DNA from: Marsupella aquatica
Taxonomy: Eukaryota; Plantae; Marchantiophyta
DNA length: 64,000 nt
Reading direction: 5' to 3'
NCBI GenBank assembly: GCA_973895155.1
Contig: OZ316898.1
Location: forward strand, 12,051,187 to 12,115,186
Shown: in pieces, positions 39,274 through 52,250 of the stretch
Position numbering within the stretch: position 1 is the stretch's first letter
Layout: every line of letters begins with the position of its first letter
The notes under the pieces: generated by a model
The model's database searches: none
Told to the model about the DNA's origin: nothing
What the model saw: the letters and a program-made list of their open reading frames with translations, nothing else
Program-made: the position numbers and the translations under genes

Positions 39274-40194
39274 ATGGATTGCAGCGAAGGGAATGGAAGA
39301 TCCTCGCGAATTGTCGAGGTCATCCTGTTAACGGCAATCACGATGACGATGGCGTTCGTGGTGGGCTTCCTTTCTGTTTGGTTGTTGCTCTTCTGGAGGA
39401 GTTTCATGTTCCCAATATCGGTGATGACATTACTCTCCGGGCCAACGCTAGCTCCGATCGTGGGCGACGTGCTGTCTACCATGAGGCACTTCGAGTCAGT
39501 TCAGGTATTCGCCGACAACTTCAAACGCAAATATTGTCCTATAATAGTAACTCTCAGCTGGGCCAGCTTCAAGCCAGTTGTGATCATCGCAGGCCCTAAT
39601 GAGGAGACGTTCCAAGGCCGCACTCACTTGTCGTCCAAGCATATCCTGCACGTTGGCAGGAGAGGGCGGACATCTGGGCATAGCGAGCGGGACCGATTCC
39701 TTCGGCGCAAGTTTGTAAGGAGTGAAGTCTTGAGCAAGAAGAGGGTCGCCGCAATGGGATTCTGTCCACTTATCCGTGACCAAGAAGTTAAGGTTCTGAT
39801 TGAGAGGTTGAAGAAGAAGAAGAAGCACGTAGGTTGTGATTCGGAAGGGGCGATGAGTACCGTCTTCGCAAGAAGATGGACTGCTCTGGAGGATTATTAC
39901 ATGATAGAGCTGGACGAAGTGATGGTACAACGATTCCAGACGGGGGTCAGTAAGCCGAGGGACTTTGCGGGGGACTTTGACATTCCCTTCAAGCGCCGAC
40001 TGCCATCGGGAGGGATGAAATGCTCTGAGATCTTTCAGCCAATCATCGGCGAGAAGAAGCACACTCCGCCGTCAGGAAAGACGGAGGACCTTGCCCCATT
40101 TGTGAATACTCTTGTGGGGCTGCAAAGCGGGGAGATTTTTGTCATATCGACCAAAGTGAATGGCCTTCAATATTGTGGTTTTCTTATGTTGTAA
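39274..40194 (+). pseudogene. Degenerate N-terminal half of a cytochrome P450 (71-clan-like)
   Basis: Hydrophobic anchor, eroded Pro hinge (LSGPTLAPIVGDVL), KYCPIIVTL...PVVIIAG, and LRRKFVRSEVLSKKRV...RDQEVKVLIERL. The C-helix Trp is lost, and no ExxR, PERF or FxxGxRxCxG heme motif is visible downstream. Confidence 0.6.
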
Positions 40195-42049
40195 ATTGTC
40201 AGGCTAATTACTTAGCAAAAAACAAGCTTGGATTCACTGCGCTTCTTGTGTAAGTATTGTGCATGGGTTTCTTCACTGCCCGGACGGATTCGACGTACTG
40301 CAGTAAGTTCGATTATTGCATAATCATGAGAGAGAAAAAAAAAGTTCGCCAAATTCATCTGTGTCGATCAGTGTATTTGAAAGATCATTTGTGAATGAGA
40401 ATGACATAATTTGCTTACTTAGAAGCTTTGGTTCAGAGACTTTGAGAAGGCGTCATTAATTAGCCTTACAAAATTACCAGTATCTCGAAGGAATTTTGTC
40501 AGCTCCCACCAATCTTGCTGGCCAACATGTCCCTTAGTGTGAATTCAGCCGCTCTGCTGTATCTTGATTCGAAGCGCTTGCCGTAAACGTACCGTCAATT
40601 AACAAAATCTCCATTACTTCATTCGAGGTAGGTCGATCATCAAGCTTTTCCAGCCATAAAATCAGGATCTCTTCGTGCCCATGCCACTCAATTCGGGATC
40701 TCCTTTTGAATGGAAGCTTCTTGATATCTCCCTTGCCTGAACTCCAAATGACAGCTTGTCAATCACTTTCTGCGAGCCACGAGTTCAAAGGCCAGTAAAC
40801 TACTCACTGTAATTATCCAAATTAAAAAATGTGATGTGGATACCTGAGTTTTTCTCTAAGTTTGTGAAAATACTCCCATGTATTTTTGCAACTTAGACTG
40901 ACCCCATTTTCCTCACAATGTCAGACGCAATAGTAGTAATTAGTCCATGTTTAGGTCCATGGGAGCATCGTTTTGTGAGTTTTAAAAAAAATAAATGTGG
41001 TTTTCCATTAAACTTATTTTATTGTGTTAATATGAAATACTAGCTCACTACCTGTGCATTATTCAAAAGATATCATAATTTTGTAAAAGATATTGCTGGG
41101 CAAAAGATGTTAATACAAAAAAAAACATTGTTGTGTAAAAGATGGGCTTGTACAAAAAATGTTGAAACAAAAAATATTGTTATGCAAATGAAGTAGTGGT
41201 GCAAAACATGTCATGGAGGAAGTCATTGAGGAAAAGGAGTGTTGTGGAAGCAGGATGATTGTGTTGTGGTCGTAGTTCGGTTGTCCCTGCCGCTTTGTCA
41301 TGCTTCTGAAACGGTAATTTTGTGGTCATAGTCTGACTGTCACTGCCGCTTTGTCATGCTTCTGAAAAGGTAATTGCCAGTTCAATTAGGTTGTCACGCG
41401 TGAGTGATTGTTGCAGAATTGTTCTCATTCCATCCATTAATATCATTGTGCAATCATGTTTGGGTTCAAAAGTGTTATTTGGGTGCATGGTACGTTGTTG
41501 GTGTGACAATGTAATCATTTTAGTAGATGTATTTGTTATGAAAGTGATATTGTTGGGGTGGGCAAGTGTGTGGAGGGTGAGAGGCGCAAGATGGGTAAGA
41601 ACTTTTGGGGGGTCCAGGTTGGTGCTATATGGAAGTGTAACATGTAATTTATTTTTGGCCTCCCTATGTTTTCCTCTCCCCCGTGCTCTTCTTTTCTTGT
41701 CTTTGCTCATGCTCTCCCTCCTTTGCTCTCCCCCTCCCCCTTTTTTTTTTAATCATCTAGGAAGAGAAGACAAAATGAACCTCAACAAAAGAAATCCATT
41801 GTAAAGAGGAAAAAGCCAAAAAAAGAAGAAGTTCATGTCAATATACATCACATTTACTGGCTCCCTTCCAAAAACCTTTATCTCACATCAATCAAGTTTC
41901 AATCTATAATGCTCCATGCCAAAAAGTAATGTAAGGAGGCTATAAAATAGCTACTGTAGCACAGGCATGTATCCTAGCACATGTATTAAAAATAACCTTG
42001 GATAACAGCTGACAGCAATGTATTGTTCCTTCCTTTTTCCGTTTTATGA

Positions 42050-42174
42050 ATGGATGATGATGAATTTGACGGGATCTTCCATTTTTGGTTTTGTAAATGG
42101 AGGATTGATGGATTTGACGGAATCTTCCAGTTTTGGTTTTGTAAGTGGATGATTGATGGATTTGACGGGATCTT
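42050..42174 (+). repeat. ~48-bp tandem repeat, about 2.5-3 units
   Basis: gatg.atttgacgg.atcttcca.ttttggttttgtaa.tgga repeated. A (TA)n microsatellite also lies at ~42429-42455. Confidence 0.8.
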
Positions 42175-42425
42175 TTATAATAGTAGTAGATTTGGGCTTG
42201 TGTTTTGTAGGTCGCCTCCTTCTCTAATACAGTAGCAAAATTGAAAATTATTTTAATACTCATAGTCATCAAATGGGCACCAATTCTCATGCCAAAATGT
42301 GGTACACCAGAGCCCGAATGGGAGCACCATGCCAACTGGTTAAGGCAGTCAAGGTGACATTTATTATTTGGTTCACTCAGCTAAGCTATGTTCCTAATGA
42401 TTATATCTCCGACACTATAATGGAA

Positions 42426-42459
<34 letters not shown>

Positions 42460-43439
42460 TGTACAAGTAGTACATACTATTGATGGAGGTTGCAGATTAT
42501 AAAGTGGCCACAGATGGAGTGCATGAACGGGAATGGGTTAACATGATCTAACAACCTTAACATTTGCCTTTGGGCTCACTCCTATAACCCCTCCATACAC
42601 GGGTACACATGAGGTCGACCTATGTAAGGATAATGGACCATACCCACTTAATAATCAATTATGGCCCCTACTCCCACGCCAAAACGTGTCACACGGGAGC
42701 ACAATGTCCAACCTTGTGGTCCATCCTGGCTTCAGTCCGCAAATCTTGAGCACGAGTTCAGCGCCGCAAACGAAAGCCCTAGTCCTCGTTTGCGAATTTG
42801 AACGAGTATGATGTGTGTAAAGGCGGGGAGGCGAAAGATGTACGCATTCGAAGGAGCTGTGGTGCAGTGGATCGAGATTGTTGTACTGATGATGAAGGAT
42901 CATGATCGATCATGCCACAATGAAGATGGATCGGTTTTCTTGGTACACTTTCATCGATTCTTAATTTGGGGACATTCCGATGACGCTGTTTGCTTCCTTA
43001 AATCTCGTCCGCCCCGCTGTTACATTTGTCCCCGAGATTAATTCAAACATGATGTTGAATAGTTTCAGTATGATGATGATGCATTGTGATCGATCTGCCG
43101 ACGTCAATTCGTCGTGCGTTTCATTGACAATGGTCGGCTACCGACGACGACAGATTTAGGGTCGTGGCTTAAATCTGAATGTCGGTCTCTTGATCGAGCA
43201 CTTCTTGCTCCTCGAACGTGGTTCCCGCGTTGGACAGGAGTTTGCGTGTCGGGCCGTGGCGCTGTGCTTCCGGTCTCGCTCGTAAGCTTCACATTGAAAG
43301 AGTTATTGCATCTGATTAGGTTTCACATGTACTGTTTTTCTTGTTTTATGCACTGGTGCATCTTATGTCGTCCATGCATGGCAGGCCACCAGGGTGTCTA
43401 CGACTTGAATTTGTCCAAGTCTGAAGCATTTGGATCACC

Positions 43440-46400
43440 ATGGGAAAGGGCCCGGGATTCTACTCCGACTTGGGAAAGAAGACTAAAGGTAATGTTTCTT
43501 CAGGTCAAGGACTGTTTCCTCCAGTCTATCTACACTCCTATCCGTAGCAATGTACATCTCAGAAGCCAGGGCCTCTCAGATGACCCGTTGGCTCAGGCAG
43601 ACTGCACAGGTTTTTCGGACACGGTCCGTGTATATTTATTTCTGGACATCTCTCTTCCAATAGAGCCAATTTATTATCTCATCATGGCTCGCTTTTCGCG
43701 TGGAGAGCTACGTGCGGGTGCTTTCCAATTCAACAAACGCTTTCGAGTAACTGCGCTCCAAAAGGATTACAATACCTTCGACAGTTCAATATTAATTCCC
43801 GAACTTCCCGTTACCAAACTGACTTCCAATTCGACTGCGGCCTCGCTTTGAGAGTTTGAACCATCAGAGTATAATTGATTTTCACATTGGGCAGTTCTAC
43901 CAGCCGCTTTATCCTTTTTCGGTTGTTCTGTGGGACTACGAGTATGAGTCCAAAATCATCTTAGGGATATTTGGAGAAGCGGGAGGAGAAGACTTTAAAT
44001 GAGGCCTATCTTCGAGGTTCTTTCTTTCGTGTGTCCACAATCTGCATGCCAATGACGAACTGAAGGCTGCTTTCGTAACGACTTCCAGAGCAGTACAGGA
44101 TTCGCGCATTTAAGGAAAGCTAAGCTGATGGAGTCTTGCGTTACTTTGTGTTGACAAACTGACGCTTAATTTGAGACTCTGGAGATGGTTTTTGTGTGTT
44201 GGATAAATTTAAAGACGAAAAGGGCATTGTTCCATGATGAGTTTAGTCCTCAAGCCATGGCAGGGTTACATTGTTGATGTAGAAGGTGTTGTTTCAGGAT
44301 TCTGCCCGCTTTCGTACAATATTCTGCTACTGATTCCTGCTTTCATTTGCACTTCAGACCTCATCAACCAGGACTATACCTACGATCAGAAGTTTACAGT
44401 TAACACAGAGACATCAGCGGGACTGGTGAGACTTTAATTACGTACATTCTGGTTGTGAGTTGATTTGCTTTCTGCTTGTAGAGAGAGAAGTTTCGAGTTG
44501 AGTAAACGTAGGTTTGGTCGAATTCTTGTGCGGAGCTTAAGTTGAGAGCAATGGAGGTGGACTGGCTATTTCTGCAATATTGTCTGAGTGAAGGTTCTTC
44601 GTCCAATTCGATTTTTCGTCATTAATTATTTGCTCGTTTTCTGAAGTTGGTAACTGTCCGCTGTGCCAATCTTCCTGGGTGTTTTCAGAATTTTAGCACC
44701 ACAGGCACCAAAAGGGGCGAAGGATTCGCAGCTGATATTAGCACGAGCTTCAAGCGGAATAATGTATCCACGGAAGTAAAAATTGACACCAGATCAAATG
44801 TATGCTGTCCTCCCTTCCTACGTCGCAGTCGTCGTTTTCCTTCATCATCAGCTGCAACGTTCCCTTGTTTCCCTTGACTAACTGGGACAAGCCCTCACGA
44901 ATTCCTCGGAATAGAATTGCAGGGAACCAGCGCTCACACGAAGACGTAACATTTGGCAACTACTCACTTTTCTGGCTCATTTAATTTCAATTTTACTTGG
45001 AAGAAATTTTTCGCTTTAAAAGTGGTGGTTTATGTTCAATGTCAGCAGATATTGACCACTGTAACATTGGATGAGTTTTGTGATGGCGCAAAGTCTACCT
45101 TCAGCTTCACAATCCCAGACCAAAAGTCTGGCAAGGTAGTCTTCCGAGTCAATGAACATTTTGCACGTTTGGGTTTTCCCCCAGGTTGTGTCATCGCACT
45201 TTGTTGTAGGGTTATATCATCCTCGTGTTCCACAAAAAATATGTCAAGAGATAGTCCATACTGATATCTTGAAGGATCCTAAATCACACATATGGGAAAT
45301 GAGCTTGCTCTAGTCGGGCCGAGCGTCACTTTTGATGTCGCTTCAACTCGGAAGGCAAAATTTTACTCAAATTCTACACAAATCTGGCGACCTGGGAGCT
45401 TTGTGTATACGACTTTACAATTTACAACAGTATTAGTAGATTTGATGGAGCTCTCCTGAAACTTGAATTCCACGCGTGAAATTGGCGAGTGCAGTGTCAA
45501 AGTTTCGATGAAATGTTGAACACTTAATTCCTCAAAGAACTGAAGGAACTACTGAGGTACATGGTGTAGTAATCCCTGCTCACAATCGGGCTTATAACTG
45601 GTTGTAATCAAATTCGTCCAAAAAACAGTCCCCTGTAGTGATCTAGCATTCCTGCTGTGTTCAGGTTGAGGCGCAGTACGCGCATGATCACGTAGGGATT
45701 ACTGGCAGCATAGGGCTGACGCCGAATCCTCTTGTGGAGGTTTCTGGAGCGATAGGAGGCGAAGGGGTCGTTTTGGGTGGGGAAGTGGGTTATGACACAG
45801 GATCTGGACGCCTCACTAAATACAACGCGGGTTTAGGGGTAACAAAGCCCGACTTCAGCACCGCATTGCACCTGTAAGCTCCGCAACCCATCTGTACGTG
45901 TGCATGGATATAGCTTATCGGCATTGTCTTCTCGAACCAGAGTTATTTAGCTGATGATATATGTAAGCGAAGATCAGCTCTTTGACCTCAAGACTAGCTA
46001 GCTCGTGTCTTAAGGAATTATGAAGGAACTAGCCCTATGCCAATGCTTTACACAAAAGATGTCAAGGTGATGGATGTCAAGGTGACGAAAAGATGTTGTG
46101 ACAAAAAAAATGTTCACAAGAGAAAAGTATGTCCATGAAAGAAAAAGATGTCAAAGTGCATGAGGAAAAGAGATCTAGGTGACAAAAACATGTCAATGAG
46201 AAAAGATGGTGATGTGAGAAAAAGATGTAAAGATAAAGAAAACATACCGAAACTAAAAGCTGTTGAGATGAAAAAATATGTTCATGTGTGAAAAAGATAT
46301 CAAGGTGAGTAAAAGAATCTAGATGAAAAAAAGATGTCAAGGAGGGAAAAGATGACGATGTGAGAAAAAACTGTAAAGATAAGGAAAAGATCTATACCAA

Positions 46401-47674
46401 GGAGAAAAAATATATCGAAGATGAAGGAAAGATGTCAAAGTGAGAAAAAAGATAATGAAATGACAAAAATATAAGATGTTAAGGTGAGGACAAGATGCCA
46501 AGTAAAGTGGAAAAAGATCTCAAGAAGAGAAAAATATGCATAGGAGAGAAAATATGTCGAGGGTGAGAAACAAATGTCGTGGTGATAAAGAATGATGTCA
46601 AATGATGTGAAAAAAAGATGTCAAGGCAAAGCAAATATGTTAATTAAAAGAGATATAAATATGTAAAGATTAGAAAAACTAAGATATCAAGGCAAGAAAA
46701 AATGTCAAGACAAGGCAAAAACATATAAATTTTACAATGTAGTTGTGTGTGATCCTAACCATGTAGCTATTGTGACCGTGTTCAATAATCTGTGTGTTAC
46801 AAAAAAAATAAACGGGGATGCAAGATAGAGACCACCACATCATAGAGTTCAAACACAATCAACTGATAGGAACAAATCTTATTTTATTTACTTTTGAATT
46901 TTTAGATAAATAAATAGTTTATATATATTATTTATATTCAATGTTTTTACAAAATTTCCATAGATTTTTCCCTAATTTCAAATTTAAATAAATAAACAAA
47001 ATTCATTCATTTTTAATTTTTTTATCTTGAGTAGGTGAGGGCAGGATCAAAGGCAGCTTGGGTATACATTTATTTTAGGTGGAGTGTAGAGATATATCTG
47101 ATGGTGTAAATTATTTTTGTTTTAAGGGCAATGATTGGTTGCTGCTTTTTCTTCTTGGTTGGTAAATAGTACACACCAACCATAAGTCACGGTTGGCTTA
47201 TTCCTTCCTTTTTTTCAAGTTTGTATTTTTTCACTCTAAACAGCATGTCAAATTTGAAGGACAATTACTGCACAGCATTTTTTGGCATAACCTTGTAGTA
47301 TAACTTTTGATTGGCTCAGTTTGGAGCTTATTATTCATTGTGTGATCAAAAGTTGTGCATCATGCAGGCTTGATAAGGGTGATGTTCTGAAGGGTTCTTA
47401 TGTTCACCTTGTGAGCCCCATATCACGAAACCAGATAGGAGCGGAGATCGCGCATAGGTTCTCAAAAGGTGAAAGCACTTTCACTGTTGGTGGGTTGTAT
47501 GAGGTGGATCCATTGACTACAATCAAGGGACGATTGAACAACCATGGGAAGTTGGCCGCACTGGTACAGCATGAGTGGAGGCCCAAATCTTTGGTCACAG
47601 TGTCTGGCGAGGTTGATACAAAGGCTATAGACACAAGTGCAAAGATTGGCTTGACACTGGCAATGAAACCTTGA
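43440..47674 (+). CDS. VDAC: Mitochondrial porin; exons 43440-43488, 44358-44425, 44689-44799, 45049-45135, 45665-45873, 47368-47674 (276 aa)
   Basis: MGKGPGFYSDLGKKTK|DLINQDYTYDQKF..., TKYNAGL, DKGDVLKGSYVH, LVQHEWRPKSLVTVSGEVDTKAI...KIGLTLAMKP*. All junctions are GT-AG and total 831 nt. Confidence 0.95.
46052..46722 (+). repeat. Degenerate A-rich minisatellite (core aaaagatgtcaaggtga) in VDAC intron 5
   Basis: Many variants of aaaa(ga)tgtcaag with strong purine strand bias. A similar short tract (aaaagat...) lies at ~41065-41190. Confidence 0.75.
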
Positions 47675-48759
47675 GATAGTCAGGGTCTGATGCAATGGCT
47701 CAGCTATTTGTGGAATGTGCATGGTGTGAAGTATTTTTGACCTAGAAGACGTTAATACATCCTCCCAAACAGTATTTTGCTAAGGGGGGTCAAATGAAAG
47801 AGGAGCGTTAACTTATTTTTACAATTTTTTCATAAAGAGAATGCAATTTGCCTCATGGTATAACTTTTACGTGTTTCGTTGCAGAAAAGTATAACAGCTA
47901 CTTAGGATTTCAGTATTTTTAAATTGATTTATGCTACAGAACCTCATCTTAAGTATGAGAGAACTTGCTTGCTGATGCTTTTGAGTTTCCCGAGTAGGTC
48001 TTAGGTTGAACCCCCCTCAACAAAGCTTCTTGCACATGCTAAGGTGTTCGTTGCCTTTGCAAAGAAATGGAATTGTGCTGCCTTAGAGTGGAAATCAAAG
48101 TTTCATAGCCACACTTTGAAGTTTCTGTTGGTGTTTAGATGTGATGAAGTCACTGGCATGATCTACTATGTGTCATCTCCTTGCATTTCAGTCACAGAAA
48201 GGGTTGGGTCTGTTACAAATTTTCAATTGGACCTTGTCAGATGTGAGAAAATTGCTCTCGTGAAAGTCTGGTGGTATGTGAAATTGTAGGCCTGTACTGA
48301 CATGCATGTGAACTTTGCATAATTATGCTGTACTTAATGGACTCCTGGCTTTCTTGCAAGCAGTCTGACTGTGACCATTCCCCACACTATCCCCTTGTCA
48401 TATGCCTATTCTTTATTTACTGTCATGTTAATTTAGTCCAGATGGTGTAATGAGAGACTCCAAGGACTCTAGGAAGGTACCTAGTAAAAGCTGAAATGGT
48501 CACAATATGTCTGTGAAATCTAGTTGTCATCACCAAAAGAAGCAACCATTGGGACATATGGAAGTAATGATGTGTACTGCAATTATTTAGCACATCCAAA
48601 TTGTGGCACAGAAGATCGATCATCCTTGTTTGTATGTATAGTCTGGTGAGACACTCTGCCACTTCTTTAGCCTTTTTGAGGATATCATGGAAATCCGACA
48701 AAGACTTGAGGTCATTCACTTTAATTTCTACTCTCCTCCCCCCCCCCCCCCCAAGGTCT

Positions 48760-50504
48760 GGGGGGGGTCACTATATGGACGGCCATACATGATTGCGAGC
48801 GATGTTTTAGGGTTTGACCCCCCTAACTTATAAGTGAAAAAGTTTTTTTGAAAACCCCTTATTTCTTTAAATTTTGCCATTTTTTTTTACTTAAAAACCC
48901 TTAAAAACTTTAAAGAAATTATATTCTATGTGTTCTTTAAAACCGACCAGCCAATAAAACATGTATGTCCTATGTGTTCTCCCACAAAACTTTGGAAGTC
49001 TTCCGCCACACCCATTTAAATGGGCTTATATTTTGTTGCACTTGGATGTGCCACTTCTGTGGAAGTGACCCCCCGGAGCTCAAGGCGGATGTTTACACTG
49101 TCTGGCTTTGTGCGCTTGGACTATCATCCCTTTCAACTGTGGTATGGTTTTTTGAGATCCGAATGTTGGTCGAGGTTTTTTATCTATTTGAATTATATTT
49201 TCTTTAGGAGTGTATGGAATTATTATGGCAGGCTGGGCATCATCAGAGGGGGAGGGGGGGCGTATCATAAAAAGGGAGAGGGGCAAAGCAGCCATTAGGA
49301 AATGTCAATCCATGTACGAGCACGACAAGCTCTTTTGGGGGATTCTTCCAAACACACAACGTACTACACTTTGCTATACTCAGTGGCCACTGCAAGCCCA
49401 AAGATGGAGGTGGAAAACCCTGAATGAAGTATCCGGTGGATGCGTTGAGAAACAGAACCCGGCCAACACAGGACCTAATACCTTCTGCATGGGGGATGTG
49501 TGGGCTAAAACGGGCGCGTACTTAGAGTCTATGGACCCCAAAAGAAAGTTCTAGCCAGGCCAGGAACGTGACTTCTTGGTACAAGTCATCAGTCTTCTTT
49601 GAATCTTTGGAGCTACATTTATCCTATTCTTGGAATGTCAATCTATTCTTAAATTTGAATGTTAATAGAAATGATGATAAAAATTATCATATGGATATGT
49701 ATATATATAGAACATGGCATCCCTCTTTCCATCCACAAAGTTTGGTTGGGCCCTAGAGTCCCCTGTCTACTAGAGGCTTCACCCTAGAAGCCTACACTCC
49801 AGCTTTAGCCGATTAATTATTATTATAGATGTCTAACTCCAAACTACTCTAGTTGGTCTAAATAGTATTGCTGGACTGCGGTTCAATATGGGCTTCCCAA
49901 AGACAAGATTGCCAGTAATCACAAAACGAAATACTTGTACATGATCAAAAACTTGTTTCATCCTGTTTCTATGTATCACCTAAGTACTAGAATGCCCATT
50001 CTTTCAAATCAATGTTAATAAAATCATTTTGACATACATAATATCCCATCTCTCTTTCCATCCACATGAAGTTTGGTGGGACCCTAGCTAGTGTCATGGT
50101 CTAGAAGCTTCACTCTTTCATTTCTTTGCCTCATGCTCAGCACTACGACTAGCATAATGATCACATCGCCACTCTTGGGGGCCGGGGGGGGGGGAGTTAT
50201 TTGCACATAAGTGACACATCACCTGTAACAAAGTATAGGCCCATTTAAATGGGTGTGACGGAATACTTCCAAAGTTGTGTGGAAGAACAAATTGGGCATT
50301 TTTTTATTGATTGGTGGGCCTTAATGAACAAATAAGACTATTTAATTGTAAAAAAAAAATTCTTTAAAGTTTTGAGGGGCTTTTAAGTAAAATATGACAA
50401 AATTGAAAGAAAGACAAGGTGTTGCAATGTTTTCACTTATAAGTTAGGGGGTCAAACCCTAAGACATGACACACAATTTATGGCCCTCCATATAGGGACC
50501 CCCC
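48760..50504. mobile_element. Non-autonomous DNA element with ~300-bp diverged terminal inverted repeats (Mutator/foldback-like)
   Basis: The left arm ggggggtcactatatgga..tagggtttgacccccctaacttataagtgaaaa...ctttggaagt.ttccg.cacacccatttaaatgggc is mirrored by the right arm gcccatttaaatgggtgtg.cggaa.acttccaaag...ttttcacttataagttagggggtcaaacccta...tccatatagggacccccc. No TSD was identified, so superfamily is inferred. Confidence 0.7.
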
Positions 50505-51590
50505 AAGCATCACCATAACAATCATATGACAATGATAACAATTAAAATGACCAAATGACCAAATGACTCATAACATGCCTTCTCATTGTGATTGATTATA
50601 TATTAGATCATGTGTAATATATTCCAAACAACTCTAGCTGGTCTAGTACATTCAACTCCATTGGGGTTCAATATGGGGTTTCAAAAGACAAGATTGTTAG
50701 ACTTGGTTCACAAAATGAAAGACTCAGAGTACAGTCATCAAAAACTTATTTCCTTTTAATTGTTTACCAAATGAGATATAGCTGGGAACCAATCCGACCT
50801 GGCCCTTTATAAAAACAACTATTTTTTTTTAGCATTTTCAGATCCACCCAAGCTCCTTTCCTATCCCGGTTTTTATCTTAGTTAACTCCTAAAAACATTT
50901 TTAGCACTTAATTGGAATCCACCCATACACCCTTCTTATGTCAATTATTTTCCCTTACCTGCCCAAGATGAAAAAAATAATTTCAAATTGATTTTGATTT
51001 TAGAACATTAAAATATATTGTTTTTTGAAAATCTTTGAAAATCTCAAAAATCTAAGAAAAATGGAATATATATTTCTAAATACATGTTTTCTGAACATAT
51101 AGAAACAATGAAAACAACTAAAAGAATTTAATCTGTAGACCCCCCTTGTATCTTTGAATAATTAGTGCATAACAAGTGACCATTATGAGCCCTATTGAGA
51201 ATTGTTACATTTTGTTTATATCTTAGTGGAGAAGATCAGAAAAGTGGGTTGTTGGAGACGCTGAACATTGAAATGTGCTAGTGTTGTTCAAACCTCGGCC
51301 TGGGCTATTGTAGAGAGATGTGACACCAATGGTTCTATCCCTTGGGAGGTATTGGTAAGTAAGATGTAAAAGTTTGTAATACATTCTAACACAAAAAGCT
51401 CACAGAACTAATAGAGGAGCAATGAGGAGTGATGAGAAACGGGATGAGAAACCATTTGCAATTTCTTAGCTCTACCTCTAGAGGTCTCCCAAAATTGTCA
51501 ATTACATGCCAATATAGATTCAGACAAACCAACAAGCCAAGGCAAGTCTATCATGTCTCTCTTTATTCACTACAACACTACCCACACCTT

Positions 51591-51997
51591 TTGCGAACTT
51601 GAAAGCATCGCAAACAACAAAGGAAATCAAAAAACAAAACTCGCCTTTGCAAAGTATCGCGCATCGCAATAGAATCGCAAACTGCGAAGCCCAAAGGTTC
51701 GCATCCGGTCTTTCGCAAGACCTTCGCAACGCCTTCGCAACTTGCGACACTAATAGAATCGCAAAGGACTCACATTTAAGCGACTCCGTGGGCGTCGCGA
51801 GAGGCTTGCGATAATAATCAAGCAGTTAAATATTTGCAATCCCAGAAGTTTGGTAATCGGTTTGCGATAGTAAGTTAATGGTAGTTATGCCATGAACATG
51901 GCTTCGCATTTTTGTGAACGTATGTGGTTTGCATAATGTTTGCGATACCTTCAATATGGTAAATATGCGAATTGGGTTGTTTGCATAGGTTTCGCAA
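51591..51997. repeat. Left subterminal array of (T/A)TCGCAA / TTGCGA(A/T) motifs
   Basis: Roughly 15 copies in both orientations, counted by eye. Confidence 0.85.
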
Positions 51998-52250
51998 GAT
52001 GTCTTGAGGCTAGGGTTTAGATTTAGAGTTTTGAATTATGGTTGGGGTCTTGTCGTCCAACACAGAGAATGAGGTCTGAATCAAAATTGCTTTATAGAAA
52101 ATTGATAGGTACACAAAAATTAGGGTTTCCTAAACCCTAAACCCTAGATGGGTGTCATATGACAAGCTAGGTCCCTATAAGACTACCCATATCAAAACTG
52201 TATACTACACTAAGTAAATGGGCATCCCATAGGCACTACACCACCAAGCT

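Noticed and set aside
43114-43851. 245-aa ORF
   Set aside because: Spans the VDAC 5'UTR, exon 1 (in another frame) and intron 1, and has no protein-like features.
52234-52243. Internal CACTACACCA resembling a second CACTA terminus
   Set aside because: No matching partner end or TSD was found.
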